Below the pieces are notes generated by a model. That model ran no database searches, had not been told where the DNA came from, and saw only the letters and a list, made by a program, of their open reading frames with translations. A program made the position numbers and the translations under genes. A stretch of 64,000 bases of DNA from positions 1-64,000 of IMG/VR virus record IMGVR_UViG_3300008259_005066, one strand, 5' to 3'. This document shows, piece after piece, positions 26,075-36,258 of the stretch (position 1 is the first letter of the stretch; each line of letters starts with the position of its first letter).

Positions 26075-28909
26075 CTATTCTTGTAGATCGGGCCCCAGGA
26101 TATTGACTTTGGGGAACAGCAAATAACGGTTGTATTCATCGGTGTATTTCCACTGATCGCTGGGTGCGTTGAACAGCAGACTGCGATCATCGAAAGTGGT
26201 TTCTTGGGTGGCTGGCTCAGGAATCAGGCTCCATACCCGTGCGATCTGATTGGGCAGATACAGTTCGGTGTTAGCCCATGTTGCACCACGTGTGATAAAC
26301 ACATAGTCATAGATGTTGGCTTCTTTGACCAGGCTCAAGGAGATGTAATTGCCCCCTACCACGGTCATCTTCCATATGGCTAGCCGTTGTTGCTGGGGAA
26401 GTATGGAACTAGGGTCCAATGGAGTGCTGTCATAGATCAACTGATCGTAGGTGCTGGGCCAGTCTGTGAATGCTTCATCATCGGTTTCGCCACCGGGCCA
26501 ATCATACTGTTTCTTGAACACCAAGGTGCGATTGTTCAGCGCACTACCAATGTCACCATCTATGCCGCCCAAGCTGGCGATATAGGCCAAGGTTTGGTTG
26601 TTGACGTCAGCAAAACTGAGTTCAGTGGCATAGTCCACACGCCCAATGAAGTTGAGATTGCTGGGCCTGTCAAAACGATCAAATGTGGTGGAACTTGGGC
26701 TCGGTTCCCATTCCCCATCTATGGTAGAATCATCGAAGGCCACCCAGTTGCGAGTCATCAAACGATCCAGGATCAAACGATCCACTTCAAAATCCACTAA
26801 GTTCAATCGCTCACCCCACTGTGTGCGGATGTTGTAGGCCAATTGATTGCCTCGATCGGGCTTGGTATAGGCTATGATGAAGGCTTTGGTAAAGCCCAAC
26901 ACACGCCCGTTGGCCTGCTTGGATGTCATCCACAACGGCAACACCTGGCTATACTGTCCTACGGTATCAATGACCTGGTCTCGCATCTCGATCAGGCTGT
27001 TGGGATATACGTCAGTGATGGTCACTGAAGGATCATAGGGATCCTGGAACGGGAAAGCCACGGGCACTGATTGTGGTGGACTTTCGCCCGCATCGTTCAC
27101 GCCCGAATCTATGATCTCACTGTAGACCACTTCATAGGCCACGGCTCCGGTATTGTTGTATCGGGCCTGTGCTACCTTGATCTCGCCCAATGTCAACTGT
27201 TTGCGGAAATGGTTGAGGTCCAAGGCCTCTACATATTGCTCCAGCGTGGCAGCTCTTAATCCAAACGCATGCTGATATACGACATTACGGCTCACACCAT
27301 ACCATGGATCATCATCGCGGAATATGAGATCTGGATCCATGATGTCCTGGTTCTGGAGCAGACTGTCAATGAGTTCTCTGTCGGCTTCGCTGGGCATGGC
27401 CTGTATATACAGGCTCTCATAGGGCTCGTTGAACTCACGATTGACAGTGATATAAAAATTCTTGAACGTGGATATCAGTCCATCTGAACTGTAGACTTCC
27501 ACTGTGAAGTTAAACACCGAATCAAATGTTGTAGGCGCGGGCACCAGCCGTGTGGTGCGCATGTTATCGAATGTAGTGGTTCCACCATCCAGAGCAAAGG
27601 TATTGAAACTCACACGGCCTGATATGTGTCCAGATGATAATAAATTCAACCCTTGAGGCAGTTTGTTGTAGACTCCGGGAACATAATTTTCGGCAGCGCC
27701 GGCACCGGGTTTGAGTCGATACTGCAGAGATCTATCGCTGTTGGTCACAGCTTCTACTGCGAACAAACTCAATCCACCATTGTCGATGATGCCAATGTTG
27801 GTGGGCGTGATCCAGGTCACAGCAGTTTCTATGTCACCAATGGTATCTATGCTGTAAGGATAAGGATTGGAAATCAGTGTGGGATTGTCTTTTTTGTAGA
27901 CGTATACCACAAAATTGTATGCATTTTCCGTGGCGCCTTGATCGGGTATGTAACCATACAACCAACCAGTGGTTTGATCCAAGGTCAGACCAGGAGGCAG
28001 GTCAGCAGAGTCACCGGCTGCTATCTCAAAAAGGTATTGATCGCCGTCGAGATCTATGGCCTGGAACTGATAGGCAAAGAAGTTGGAATGGCGATACAGT
28101 CCGATATATCCATCAGGTGGATAGTTAGTGATCAATGGTGCTCGTTGTGGCAGCACGTCGGCAGTGATTTCATTGTTGTCGGCTGTGAAGTCTGTGGTGT
28201 CGGCTGTGAGGCTGTCACGGCTCACGACAAACATCTCAAAAGTTCTTTGTGTGCGATCTTTACCGTCGGATATCTGGAGAGTAAACTGGTAGTTGGTAGA
28301 GATCGATCGGGATGAAAAATCAAAAGGATATTGATCGAATGCAGTGCCAGTTCTATCATACCCTGCGATGGCAGTGTCTGGCAGAGGAGCCACAGGTTCA
28401 ATATAACCTTCAATCAGGCCAGTGGCTGATATGCGCAGACCTGGAGGCAAATCACCATCTTCCAGTGTGACTACGACCAGATCGTTTTGATCACTGTCTT
28501 CGTAGAGGATCTGGTATTCCACTGTGTCGCCATCATAGAACAGACCAATGGATCCGGCCGGCGTGATGAACTGTGGCAAATCCTGTCCCGTCACAGTGAT
28601 GGTAAAAGTTCGGTCATTGAGTCGAACTATGCCGCCGGGTGTTTCCACATAGGCACGCACAGCGAAACGACTGGTTATGTTTTCAGAAACTTCAATGGGC
28701 ACGCCCTGCACAGATGCAAAGGCCGCGGGCACACCTTCGATCACACCGTTGGCTTTGACTTGGATGCCTCCGGGCAAGGTGCCGGCTATGAGCCTATATT
28801 TTACCGTGCCGCCGTCGGGATCCACTGCCTCAACGGGCGTTTGGAAAAACAAGCCCTCGGCTATGGTTCCTAGGTCTCCAGCAGGAGTTATCCACTGTGG
28901 TTGTGCCAT
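26075..28909 (-). CDS. Large baseplate-region structural protein with Ig-like repeats
   Basis: Repeated PQWITPAG...LPPGL-x-L...G-x-I-x-G-x-P units. Confidence 0.7.
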   Translation of the reverse strand: MAQPQWITPAGDLGTIAEGLFFQTPVEAVDPDGGTVKYRLIAGTLPGGIQVKANGVIEGVPAAFASVQGVPIEVSENITSRFAVRAYVETPGGIVRLNDRTFTITVTGQDLPQFITPAGSIGLFYDGDTVEYQILYEDSDQNDLVVVTLEDGDLPPGLRISATGLIEGYIEPVAPLPDTAIAGYDRTGTAFDQYPFDFSSRSISTNYQFTLQISDGKDRTQRTFEMFVVSRDSLTADTTDFTADNNEITADVLPQRAPLITNYPPDGYIGLYRHSNFFAYQFQAIDLDGDQYLFEIAAGDSADLPPGLTLDQTTGWLYGYIPDQGATENAYNFVVYVYKKDNPTLISNPYPYSIDTIGDIETAVTWITPTNIGIIDNGGLSLFAVEAVTNSDRSLQYRLKPGAGAAENYVPGVYNKLPQGLNLLSSGHISGRVSFNTFALDGGTTTFDNMRTTRLVPAPTTFDSVFNFTVEVYSSDGLISTFKNFYITVNREFNEPYESLYIQAMPSEADRELIDSLLQNQDIMDPDLIFRDDDPWYGVSRNVVYQHAFGLRAATLEQYVEALDLNHFRKQLTLGEIKVAQARYNNTGAVAYEVVYSEIIDSGVNDAGESPPQSVPVAFPFQDPYDPSVTITDVYPNSLIEMRDQVIDTVGQYSQVLPLWMTSKQANGRVLGFTKAFIIAYTKPDRGNQLAYNIRTQWGERLNLVDFEVDRLILDRLMTRNWVAFDDSTIDGEWEPSPSSTTFDRFDRPSNLNFIGRVDYATELSFADVNNQTLAYIASLGGIDGDIGSALNNRTLVFKKQYDWPGGETDDEAFTDWPSTYDQLIYDSTPLDPSSILPQQQRLAIWKMTVVGGNYISLSLVKEANIYDYVFITRGATWANTELYLPNQIARVWSLIPEPATQETTFDDRSLLFNAPSDQWKYTDEYNRYLLFPKVNILGPDLQE

Positions 28910-28912
28910 GTT

Positions 28913-29176
28913 TTACCAACTCGTGTCAAGCGAGATCCTGCCCCAGATCACTGATGAACCATCATAGTCCTGGAAGCACACATAGTAGTAAGAGCCATCA
29001 TAGGCTGTTTGCCCTGCTGAATCGCCCACTGAACCCGTGCTCAGTGTGGGTGCATTGTTGCTGGTGAATGAGTTCAGGAACGCAAAATTGTTGTTACACT
29101 TGATGTAAGCCGTGCGTAAGCCATCTCCAGTTCCATCATTGGGCACAGTTCCTACGTTGATCACTTCTATCGACAT
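28913..29176 (-). CDS. Short structural protein with T4 gp9/gp10-like N-terminus
   Basis: INVGTVPNDGTGDGLRTAYIKCNNNF. Confidence 0.7.
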   Translation of the reverse strand: MSIEVINVGTVPNDGTGDGLRTAYIKCNNNFAFLNSFTSNNAPTLSTGSVGDSAGQTAYDGSYYYVCFQDYDGSSVIWGRISLDTSW

Positions 29177-29218
29177 GTTTTACCTCGCTTTGAGATATTT
29201 ATGCTATTTTGGAGGCGT

Positions 29219-29947
29219 TTACAAACCGTAAGTAGCCTTTGTAGCGTTGTAGTTTTGTAGGATTTCTGCAGAGTCTAAAACACGATTATAGACAAATACC
29301 TGTCCTAGATCGCCCACATACTGGTAACTGCCAGTTGGGCTTCCACCTGTGAATGCGCTTCGTCCTACCCAGAGTTCTTGAGCATTTGAAATAGTGCCCG
29401 ATGGAAATGATCCTGCGGCTGTGGCGATCTGGGCGCCATTCACATACAAGGTTTGAGTTGCAGTGCTACGGGTATACATGACAAGATACCAGGCGCTGTT
29501 GTTGTAGTTGGTCAATGGGCTGTTGATGTTTCTAGTTGATGCACCGCTCTGTGCGATGTCACCTATGATCTGTCCGCCGTTGAGCCAGATGCGATAGTTC
29601 CAAGGCCACCCTCCTGTTTCCTCTTTGCTAAGTATCATCTTGATGCCGCCGGCTGATGATCGGAACCAAGCACCCACTGAAAATTCTTCTGCAGATAGAC
29701 TTTGATTGGTGTCCACATACTCAGTGGTGCCATCAAAATTAAAGTAGGTTGAATTGAAAGCCGGTGCACCAATCAAGGTGGTTGAATAAGCATTTGGGCT
29801 CAAGTCAGTCCAGGTCGTGCCTGAACCTGGATAGCTGGCCGGATCAGCCGCGTTCAAATACAGTTGCAGATTCAAGGTCACAATGCTGGGAGCGGGAGTC
29901 GCGGCCTGTTGCACATTGTTGGCCACCATCTGCATGATGCCGCTCAT
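29219..29947 (-). CDS. LamG/concanavalin-A-like lectin domain protein
   Basis: LYLNAADPASYPGSGTTWTDLS...VYNRVLDSAEILQNYNA. Confidence 0.85.
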   Translation of the reverse strand: MSGIMQMVANNVQQAATPAPSIVTLNLQLYLNAADPASYPGSGTTWTDLSPNAYSTTLIGAPAFNSTYFNFDGTTEYVDTNQSLSAEEFSVGAWFRSSAGGIKMILSKEETGGWPWNYRIWLNGGQIIGDIAQSGASTRNINSPLTNYNNSAWYLVMYTRSTATQTLYVNGAQIATAAGSFPSGTISNAQELWVGRSAFTGGSPTGSYQYVGDLGQVFVYNRVLDSAEILQNYNATKATYGL

Positions 29948-32900
29948 TAGCTGACTCCGGTGCCGTTGATGAACCAGGTGTCTGTGGCCACCTTCATGAT
30001 TGTGGCCATACCAAATGTGGCCACTGTCCTGTTGCCTGATGTGGCATTACCAGCCAGGTAAAGAGTTACTCCAGATCCTTGGGCCACTGTGATATTGCCT
30101 GTGCCTTGATTGATCACTGTGATGGCTGCACCTGTCGCAAACCCTTGGCTGGCGTTGTTGGCTATTGTGAGGATGTAGTCGGTGCTTTGGGTGGAGTAGA
30201 AGTGCTTGCCAGCGTCTGTGGTAGCAATGGTTGCGTTAGCTGTGAATGCGACCTGCGGTATGTCTCTATAACCTAGGGCAAAGCCGGCTGTGTTGCCGGT
30301 GATGTTGCCTGCGGTGATAATGTTTCCACCTGAGATGTTACCAGTTACACTGATAGCATTACCATAGGTGATTTCTTTTGATGTGGTATTATAGAACACG
30401 ACTTCAGCCACATTGGCCACATCATTGCGTATGGGTGCCACTGTGAATGTATTGGCAGTGGTTTGATTAAGTATGCCACCGGTGGCATTGATGATGATTG
30501 AATTGTTGCCTTGATTGGTGTCACCAGCACCGTAGCCCAAGGCTACCGCATATTCGCCTTGTGTGATTCGACCAGCTCCGTCACCTACGGCCACTGCTGA
30601 GACGCCTTGTGTGTCGGTACCAGCCATTTCACCAATGGCCACTGCTGAACCACCACTGCTCTGCCCGGCAAACCCAGCTTCTTGACCAATGGCCACTGCG
30701 TAGGCACCTTGTGCGTTGCCGGCTTCTCGACCAATGGCCACTGCTCCAATGCCTTGTGAGGTTATGGCAGCTTGGAAGCCCATGGCCACTGCATAGTTGC
30801 CTTGTGATGTTTCACCAGCTTGTTGTCCAATGGCCACTGCATCACCTGCGGTGTCTCGTATCACTGCACCGTTGGTGAGTGTGATCTTGCCAGTGTTGAC
30901 GTTGCCGCCTGTGATGTTACCAGCAACACTTATGACATTGCCATAGGTAATTTCCTTGCTGGTAGTGTTGTAGAACATGACCTCAGCCACATTGGCCACA
31001 TCATTGCGTATGGGTGCTACATAGAAACTATTTGTTTGTGCGGGCACGCCTCCCATATTTGTGCCTGTGGCATTTAGGAAGATGGTGTTATCAGGTTGTG
31101 CTACACCAACTCCATTATAACCAGCGTACTTACCAATTGCTATGGCATCGGCACCCTGGAGTTGAGCACCAGCAAAAGCACCAATAGCCACAGCACCATC
31201 TTCTTGCCCAGTTTGGCCTGCGGCATATCCAATTGCTATAGCATTATTACTTTGATTGGATTGACCAGCCTGCCAACCAACGGCCACGGTTAATCCACCT
31301 TGGTTGGTTTGACCTGCATTATATCCGATGGCCACAGTTCCAAATCCAGGTGTGTAAGTAAATGTTTGGTGAACATTTTCTCCTATTGCTATATTTTGTG
31401 GTCCATTGGCATTAGTGATATTACCAATATTAGCCCAGTCAGTGCTAGGCAAGTTTGTGAGTTGGCTGCCGTTGCCAATGAAATAGTTGCCGGTGATGTT
31501 GCCACCCGCATTGATGTTGCCATTTACTCCAACGCCACCCAAGACCTTGAGAGCTCCTGTGTTGGGATCCACACTGACAGTTTGATCCGATACTATGACT
31601 TCGCCACCGTCGGCGTTGAGATACAAGTTGCCTGAGGGTTCTATCTTGATGTCTACACCAGAACCGCCTGATGTAGCGATCAGTGCTCCGGTGCCAGGAT
31701 AGTTACCATACAATGCCAAAGTGCCACTGACGCTGAAACTGTTGCTGATATCAACGTGTTGGTTGGTAGGATCCCATTCCATGATGGCATTGCCACCCAG
31801 GAAAGAGATACCGGGCACGCTCAGGACAGCAGTTTGTAGATTGCCAGGCACTGTGCTGATATTGGCAGCGCCGATGTTGATGTTACCGGAAAGATTGATA
31901 TCTTTCCATCTTCTTGTGGTGGTGTTGCCCAGGCTGTAAGTGGCATTGGCCGAGGGTATGATATTGCCAGCCCATCCTGCTTCGCCATAGGCTGCCACAT
32001 TGGCGTTGGCATAACTGGACACGCCGGTGAGCAAGCTACCATTGCCAACGAAATAGTTGGCCGTGATATTGGCACCAGTGATGTTACCGCCCACATTGAT
32101 GTTGCCATTTACTCCAACGCCACCCAAGACTTTGAGTGCTCCTGTGTTGGTATCCACACTGGCGGTTTGATCAGAAACAATCACTTCCCCGCCATCGGCG
32201 TTGAGATAGAGATTGCCTGAGGGTTCAATGGTTATGTCTACCCCAGACCCGCCGCTTGTGGTAATTACCGCTCCATCGCCGGGATAGTTGCCGTATAATT
32301 GCAGTGTGCCAGAAATAGAAAAACTGTTGGAAACATCCACGTGTTGATTTACTGCGTCCCATTCCATGATGGCTGATCCGCCTTGGAACGCGATTCCGGG
32401 CACCTGAAGGATGTAGGGTTGGCTGTTGCCTGCGACTGCTCGGAGATTGGCGCCACCTAGATAAAAATTGCCTGTGGCACGATTGTAGGTAAAGTTGGCG
32501 TTGCCGCCAAAGTTGCCGGCATCATTGAACTGTATGTAGGTGTTGCTGCCGCCAGGCGTTTTGCCTATGGGTTGACCGTTGGCGTAGGTGATCGGTAGAT
32601 TGGTGACCCAGGAGTTGGAAGTGGAATTGTAAAGGAACGTGGCTATGTTGTCCGAAGCACCCACAGTGATGCCCGATCCATTGGCCTGGATGGCATTGGC
32701 CGCTGTGTTGGCCAACTGTATGGTCTTGGTGTCAGTGACGATGTTGCCAATCTGTATGGTATCGCCTTCCACAGTGAGATTGCCCTGGATCACAGCATCG
32801 CCGGGCACTGTGAGCGTGCCAGTGATGGTTATGTTGCCGGTTTCTACCGACGCCGTATACAAACCGCGCCACTGCATGGTGGCAGAGCCCAGGAACCAGG

Positions 32901-33147
32901 TGTTGTTGGCGCCGGGAATGGTGTTGTTGTTGAGGCGCACATTGCCCACACCATTGGGGCTCAGGGCTAGATCTTGATTGACCTGGAGCGTGGAGATGAC
33001 GTTGCCTGCGATACGGACATTGGATCCTACAGGACCGGCTGTCCAGATCTGATTGAAATTGTCGTTGGTTTTGTCAAACGCTGTGCGTAAATTGTCACCC
33101 TGCCCGTCATTGGGCTGTGGGCCAATATTGATAATATCTTGGGCCAT
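29947..33147 (-). CDS. Tail fibre / receptor-binding protein with YadA-like repeats
   Basis: gp9/gp10-like N-terminus (NIGPQPNDGQGDNLRTAF), G/N-rich shaft, 14-aa AVAIG..AG repeats and internal duplications. Confidence 0.85.
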   Translation of the reverse strand: MAQDIINIGPQPNDGQGDNLRTAFDKTNDNFNQIWTAGPVGSNVRIAGNVISTLQVNQDLALSPNGVGNVRLNNNTIPGANNTWFLGSATMQWRGLYTASVETGNITITGTLTVPGDAVIQGNLTVEGDTIQIGNIVTDTKTIQLANTAANAIQANGSGITVGASDNIATFLYNSTSNSWVTNLPITYANGQPIGKTPGGSNTYIQFNDAGNFGGNANFTYNRATGNFYLGGANLRAVAGNSQPYILQVPGIAFQGGSAIMEWDAVNQHVDVSNSFSISGTLQLYGNYPGDGAVITTSGGSGVDITIEPSGNLYLNADGGEVIVSDQTASVDTNTGALKVLGGVGVNGNINVGGNITGANITANYFVGNGSLLTGVSSYANANVAAYGEAGWAGNIIPSANATYSLGNTTTRRWKDINLSGNINIGAANISTVPGNLQTAVLSVPGISFLGGNAIMEWDPTNQHVDISNSFSVSGTLALYGNYPGTGALIATSGGSGVDIKIEPSGNLYLNADGGEVIVSDQTVSVDPNTGALKVLGGVGVNGNINAGGNITGNYFIGNGSQLTNLPSTDWANIGNITNANGPQNIAIGENVHQTFTYTPGFGTVAIGYNAGQTNQGGLTVAVGWQAGQSNQSNNAIAIGYAAGQTGQEDGAVAIGAFAGAQLQGADAIAIGKYAGYNGVGVAQPDNTIFLNATGTNMGGVPAQTNSFYVAPIRNDVANVAEVMFYNTTSKEITYGNVISVAGNITGGNVNTGKITLTNGAVIRDTAGDAVAIGQQAGETSQGNYAVAMGFQAAITSQGIGAVAIGREAGNAQGAYAVAIGQEAGFAGQSSGGSAVAIGEMAGTDTQGVSAVAVGDGAGRITQGEYAVALGYGAGDTNQGNNSIIINATGGILNQTTANTFTVAPIRNDVANVAEVVFYNTTSKEITYGNAISVTGNISGGNIITAGNITGNTAGFALGYRDIPQVAFTANATIATTDAGKHFYSTQSTDYILTIANNASQGFATGAAITVINQGTGNITVAQGSGVTLYLAGNATSGNRTVATFGMATIMKVATDTWFINGTGVS
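30358..31020. repeat. Two 84-bp copies closing the YadA-like blocks (30937-31020 and 30358-30441)
   Basis: VAPIRNDVANVAEV(M/V)FYNTTSKEITYGN occurs twice. Confidence 0.9.
31489..32412. repeat. Two 339-bp copies of a tail-fibre module (32074-32412 and 31489-31827)
   Basis: Both encode ...VPG.....GG.AIMEWD..NQHVD.SNSFS.SGTL.LYGNYPG...IEPSGNLYLNADGGEVIVSDQT...GALKVLGGVGVNGNIN.GGNITG. Confidence 0.9.
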
Positions 33148-33196
33148 CTACCTGTTCCTTTGGTATATTTACCGGAACAGGCAGTTTGGATCTATG

Positions 33197-33520
33197 CTAG
33201 TAAGGTGAGAAACTTGATCCGCAACCGCAGGTGGTCTGTGCGTTGGGGTTTTCTATGCTGAAACTACTGCCCATGATGTCGTCTTTGTAGTCTATTGTAG
33301 CACCTTGCAGGTAGCCCCATGACATGGAATCTACCAAGAGTTTGACACCATTGTAATCAAAATCAAAGTCGTCTTCGTTTTGTGCTTCATCAAATGTGAA
33401 ACCATACTGCATGCCCGAGCAACCACCGCCCTGCACGAACACACGCAGTTTGAGATTGGCATTGTTTTCCTCGGCGAATATGTCTTGTATCTTGCTCTGT
33501 GCTGATTCCGTTAACTGCAT
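33197..33520 (-). CDS. erpA: A-type Fe-S cluster carrier (ErpA/IscA)
   Basis: [17 protein letters not shown] and [14 protein letters not shown]. Confidence 0.9.
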   Translation of the reverse strand: MQLTESAQSKIQDIFAEENNANLKLRVFVQGGGCSGMQYGFTFDEAQNEDDFDFDYNGVKLLVDSMSWGYLQGATIDYKDDIMGSSFSIENPNAQTTCGCGSSFSPY

Positions 33521-33523
33521 AGT

Positions 33524-34102
33524 TTATTCCTCGATGATACCAATGCGCTCGTTGATGATGTCCCAGTTGATGATGCGCCACACATTGTTGAGATAGGCTT
33601 CTTTGTCACTTTGGTAATCCAGGGCCCAGGCATGTTCCCACCAGTCGATCAGCAAGGCTATGTCAGTGCGAACAGCATGATTTTTGATGGTCTTGATTTC
33701 GCCTGCAGTGGATAGATATACCCATCCCGATCCCTGTATCTTCATGGCGGTTTCTTTCACTGAGTCCTTGAATGTATCAAAATCTTCAAACTTTTGCTCG
33801 ATGAGTTTGAGGCTGGATCCTCTAGGGCGATTGCCGCTCTTGGGAGCACGAAACTGCGGGAAGAACATGTTGTGCAAGAAACTGCCAGCACGATTGAAAT
33901 CTGCGTTGCCTTCACCTGCGTTGTAGCGTTTGGCGTAGCCACGGGCCAGATGCTCAAAATGATAATCCAGGGTTTTTTCGCTCATCACCGGATCTAGATC
34001 TTTCATCCCGTAGGGCAAAGGAGTGGTTTCCAGTTTGGCAGGACGAGTAGATGCTTCTACTAGATTGATAAATTCTGCTATTGCGGCGGCTGTTTCCATC
34101 AT
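33524..34102 (-). CDS. sod: Fe/Mn superoxide dismutase
   Basis: YHFEH, HNMFF, GSGW and DWWEHAW metal-ligand motifs. Confidence 0.9.
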   Translation of the reverse strand: MMETAAAIAEFINLVEASTRPAKLETTPLPYGMKDLDPVMSEKTLDYHFEHLARGYAKRYNAGEGNADFNRAGSFLHNMFFPQFRAPKSGNRPRGSSLKLIEQKFEDFDTFKDSVKETAMKIQGSGWVYLSTAGEIKTIKNHAVRTDIALLIDWWEHAWALDYQSDKEAYLNNVWRIINWDIINERIGIIEE

Positions 34103-34530
34103 GTTTGCCTCACTACCAACCCACCAGAGTTGTTGAAATACACCTGACCAATGGCCACTCCGCCTGCGGCGGCTGTGGCATCGTTACTGTAAGGTCCCAT
34201 AAAACTAAATCCGCTACCTGTTTCTATGTTGGCCACGGTGTTGGCCACGCTGTCCAGTGCGCCCTGCACATTGGCTAGCACTGTGGGCCAGTCTCCTGGA
34301 TTGGTCTGGGAGTAACTCACTGAATTTGCAGTAACATTACCACCGCCGAATACCACTGCAACACCGTTGGCATATCGATAGCCATTTGTGAGTATGTTTG
34401 CGGCGGCAACATTTCCGCCGATGGTTATGCTCTGGAACGTGACCTCACCGAGATCGGCGTCTCCTATCGAGCCTTCCAGTGGATTTTTAATAGAACGGGG
34501 TTTACCGTCGTTGCCTTTTACGAATCCCAT
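34099..34530 (-). CDS. Hypothetical, probably structural, protein
   Basis: G/A/N-rich fibre-like sequence behind TAAATA. Confidence 0.6.
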   Translation of the reverse strand: MGFVKGNDGKPRSIKNPLEGSIGDADLGEVTFQSITIGGNVAAANILTNGYRYANGVAVVFGGGNVTANSVSYSQTNPGDWPTVLANVQGALDSVANTVANIETGSGFSFMGPYSNDATAAAGGVAIGQVYFNNSGGLVVRQT

Positions 34531-34550
34531 AAAGCATTCCTTTATGGTAT

Positions 34551-34655
34551 TTAGCGCCTGCGTGTGATGCGACCTTTGGTTAGATCGTAGAGGCTGAACT
34601 CCATCTCTACCCTATCGCCCAGCAGGATCTTGATGTTGTGCATGCGCATCTTGCC
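34551..34655 (-). pseudogene. infA: Displaced 3' half of infA (34 codons + stop)
   Basis: Encodes [34 protein letters not shown], identical in protein to 36259-36363; 97/105 nt identical. Confidence 0.95.
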
Positions 34656-34679
34656 TTAAACTAATGTGCATATAGATAT

Positions 34680-35375
34680 TTAGTCTTTTAATGCTTGGGC
34701 ATAACTATCCACCCACAAATCACAGGCTGCATCATGAGCCTCTTTTAGGGGGTGCAGACCTGGGTCGGTGACTGTAAATCCCTTTGACCTGCTCCAATCC
34801 AAGAAATTCAAACCCTGAAAATTTTGCATGCAAGGCCTAGTAAAATCTTGCAAGGTCCTGATGTAGTCTGGAGCATGCCATTGAGTGTCCCAAAGTTCAT
34901 AATCCATGTAAGTCTGAATATTGGATATTTTTTTATGTTTTAAAAATGTTTGCACCATGTAGATTGTTTGCAGACTCCGCCATTTGTCCCATAAGGTAGA
35001 ATGTCCAGGATATTTGTTATAAAATTCCAGTATTTTTTCTGCTTCTTCTATTCCTACCATTGGTGCCAGTTTGCTAGGAACACAGGTTAAACCCAACGTG
35101 GTCCATTGTTCCAATCCTGGAACATAAAAATCCCATCGAGCTCCCCAGGTCCAATTGATCACTGCTACCACATCATCTGATGGATTGTTAGAAAAATATG
35201 TCAGTATTTGTCGAGCGATATTTTCGTTACCGCATCCTGGAACAGCAGTGGTCTCATATGTGACTCCTAGTTTTTTTGCCGATAGGCCGATCCAGGAGTT
35301 ATGTCCGTCGTCGTTGTCATCAAGTTCACTGCCAAATACGAAACTATCCCCGAACCCCACAATTTTGTTTTTCAT
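34680..35375 (-). CDS. SGNH/GDSL-like hydrolase
   Basis: GFGDSF, PGCGN and a C-terminal HP; visibly AT-richer than its flanks. Confidence 0.7.
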   Translation of the reverse strand: MKNKIVGFGDSFVFGSELDDNDDGHNSWIGLSAKKLGVTYETTAVPGCGNENIARQILTYFSNNPSDDVVAVINWTWGARWDFYVPGLEQWTTLGLTCVPSKLAPMVGIEEAEKILEFYNKYPGHSTLWDKWRSLQTIYMVQTFLKHKKISNIQTYMDYELWDTQWHAPDYIRTLQDFTRPCMQNFQGLNFLDWSRSKGFTVTDPGLHPLKEAHDAACDLWVDSYAQALKD

Positions 35376-35388
35376 GATTAGTTTTATA

Positions 35389-36258
35389 TCATCCTTTTAC
35401 AATATCGTATAGATAATCTGCCCACAATTCATGCCCTCGTTCAGTGGGATGTTTGGTGGCTTTTTTATAGTTTAGATCACTGTCCATCAACCAATCTATA
35501 GCCAGCGAAGCTGAACTCATGAGACCATATAAATCTCGTCGCCAGGACCGATGCAACGATCGTTTTTGTAAATATTCTTCCAACGGAACAAATCCTAACT
35601 GACTGACAATTCTAGCGTCCTGTGGATACAATGATTTATCTTCTTGTGCTTCTGCTAAGATATCAACCCAGGTTTTTTTCAGCATATACGGAAACTTACT
35701 GATGTTTGATGGATAGGACACTGTAAAGTTTCTTGCCAAGATCCATTGCACATCAGGATGCTCAAGCATGGCCGCATGAAAAGTTGCCAGCATATTGTAT
35801 TCATAGTCTGTTAGGAATCCATCCAATGAATTTTCAGTTGGCGCTGGGTCTAACCACCATGGATCCCCTGTGATTTCTCTCATTAATTCTGTGAGCGTGA
35901 TTACCACAGTAATTTTACGATATTTTGATTTGATCTGATCGATATACCCAAACGCCATTCTGTGTATTTCCGAATTGGTAGCACCACACTTGGCCAACAT
36001 GAGAAAGTCTCTGTTTAGTTTGTCTGCCAGCAGTCTGCCAAAAACATGCGAAGTCCTGTGAGTGATATCATCGAAGATTCCTTTGTCAAAATCGATCTGA
36101 CCCAGACTATCTCCCCAGGTCCAACTGTCTCCCACAGTGATCAAGAGATCTTGTTTTCCGGTCACAAATTCGTAGTACCAGGATCTTTCCGGTGCTTCAC
36201 CGTAAGTAAATTTGGTATTGTGTGTGTCCAAACTGGGCACAATGTAGAAAGACAACAT
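35389..36258 (-). CDS. SGNH/GDSL-like hydrolase
   Basis: VGDSWTWG, CGATN and KHPTERGH. Confidence 0.65.
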   Translation of the reverse strand: MLSFYIVPSLDTHNTKFTYGEAPERSWYYEFVTGKQDLLITVGDSWTWGDSLGQIDFDKGIFDDITHRTSHVFGRLLADKLNRDFLMLAKCGATNSEIHRMAFGYIDQIKSKYRKITVVITLTELMREITGDPWWLDPAPTENSLDGFLTDYEYNMLATFHAAMLEHPDVQWILARNFTVSYPSNISKFPYMLKKTWVDILAEAQEDKSLYPQDARIVSQLGFVPLEEYLQKRSLHRSWRRDLYGLMSSASLAIDWLMDSDLNYKKATKHPTERGHELWADYLYDIVKG

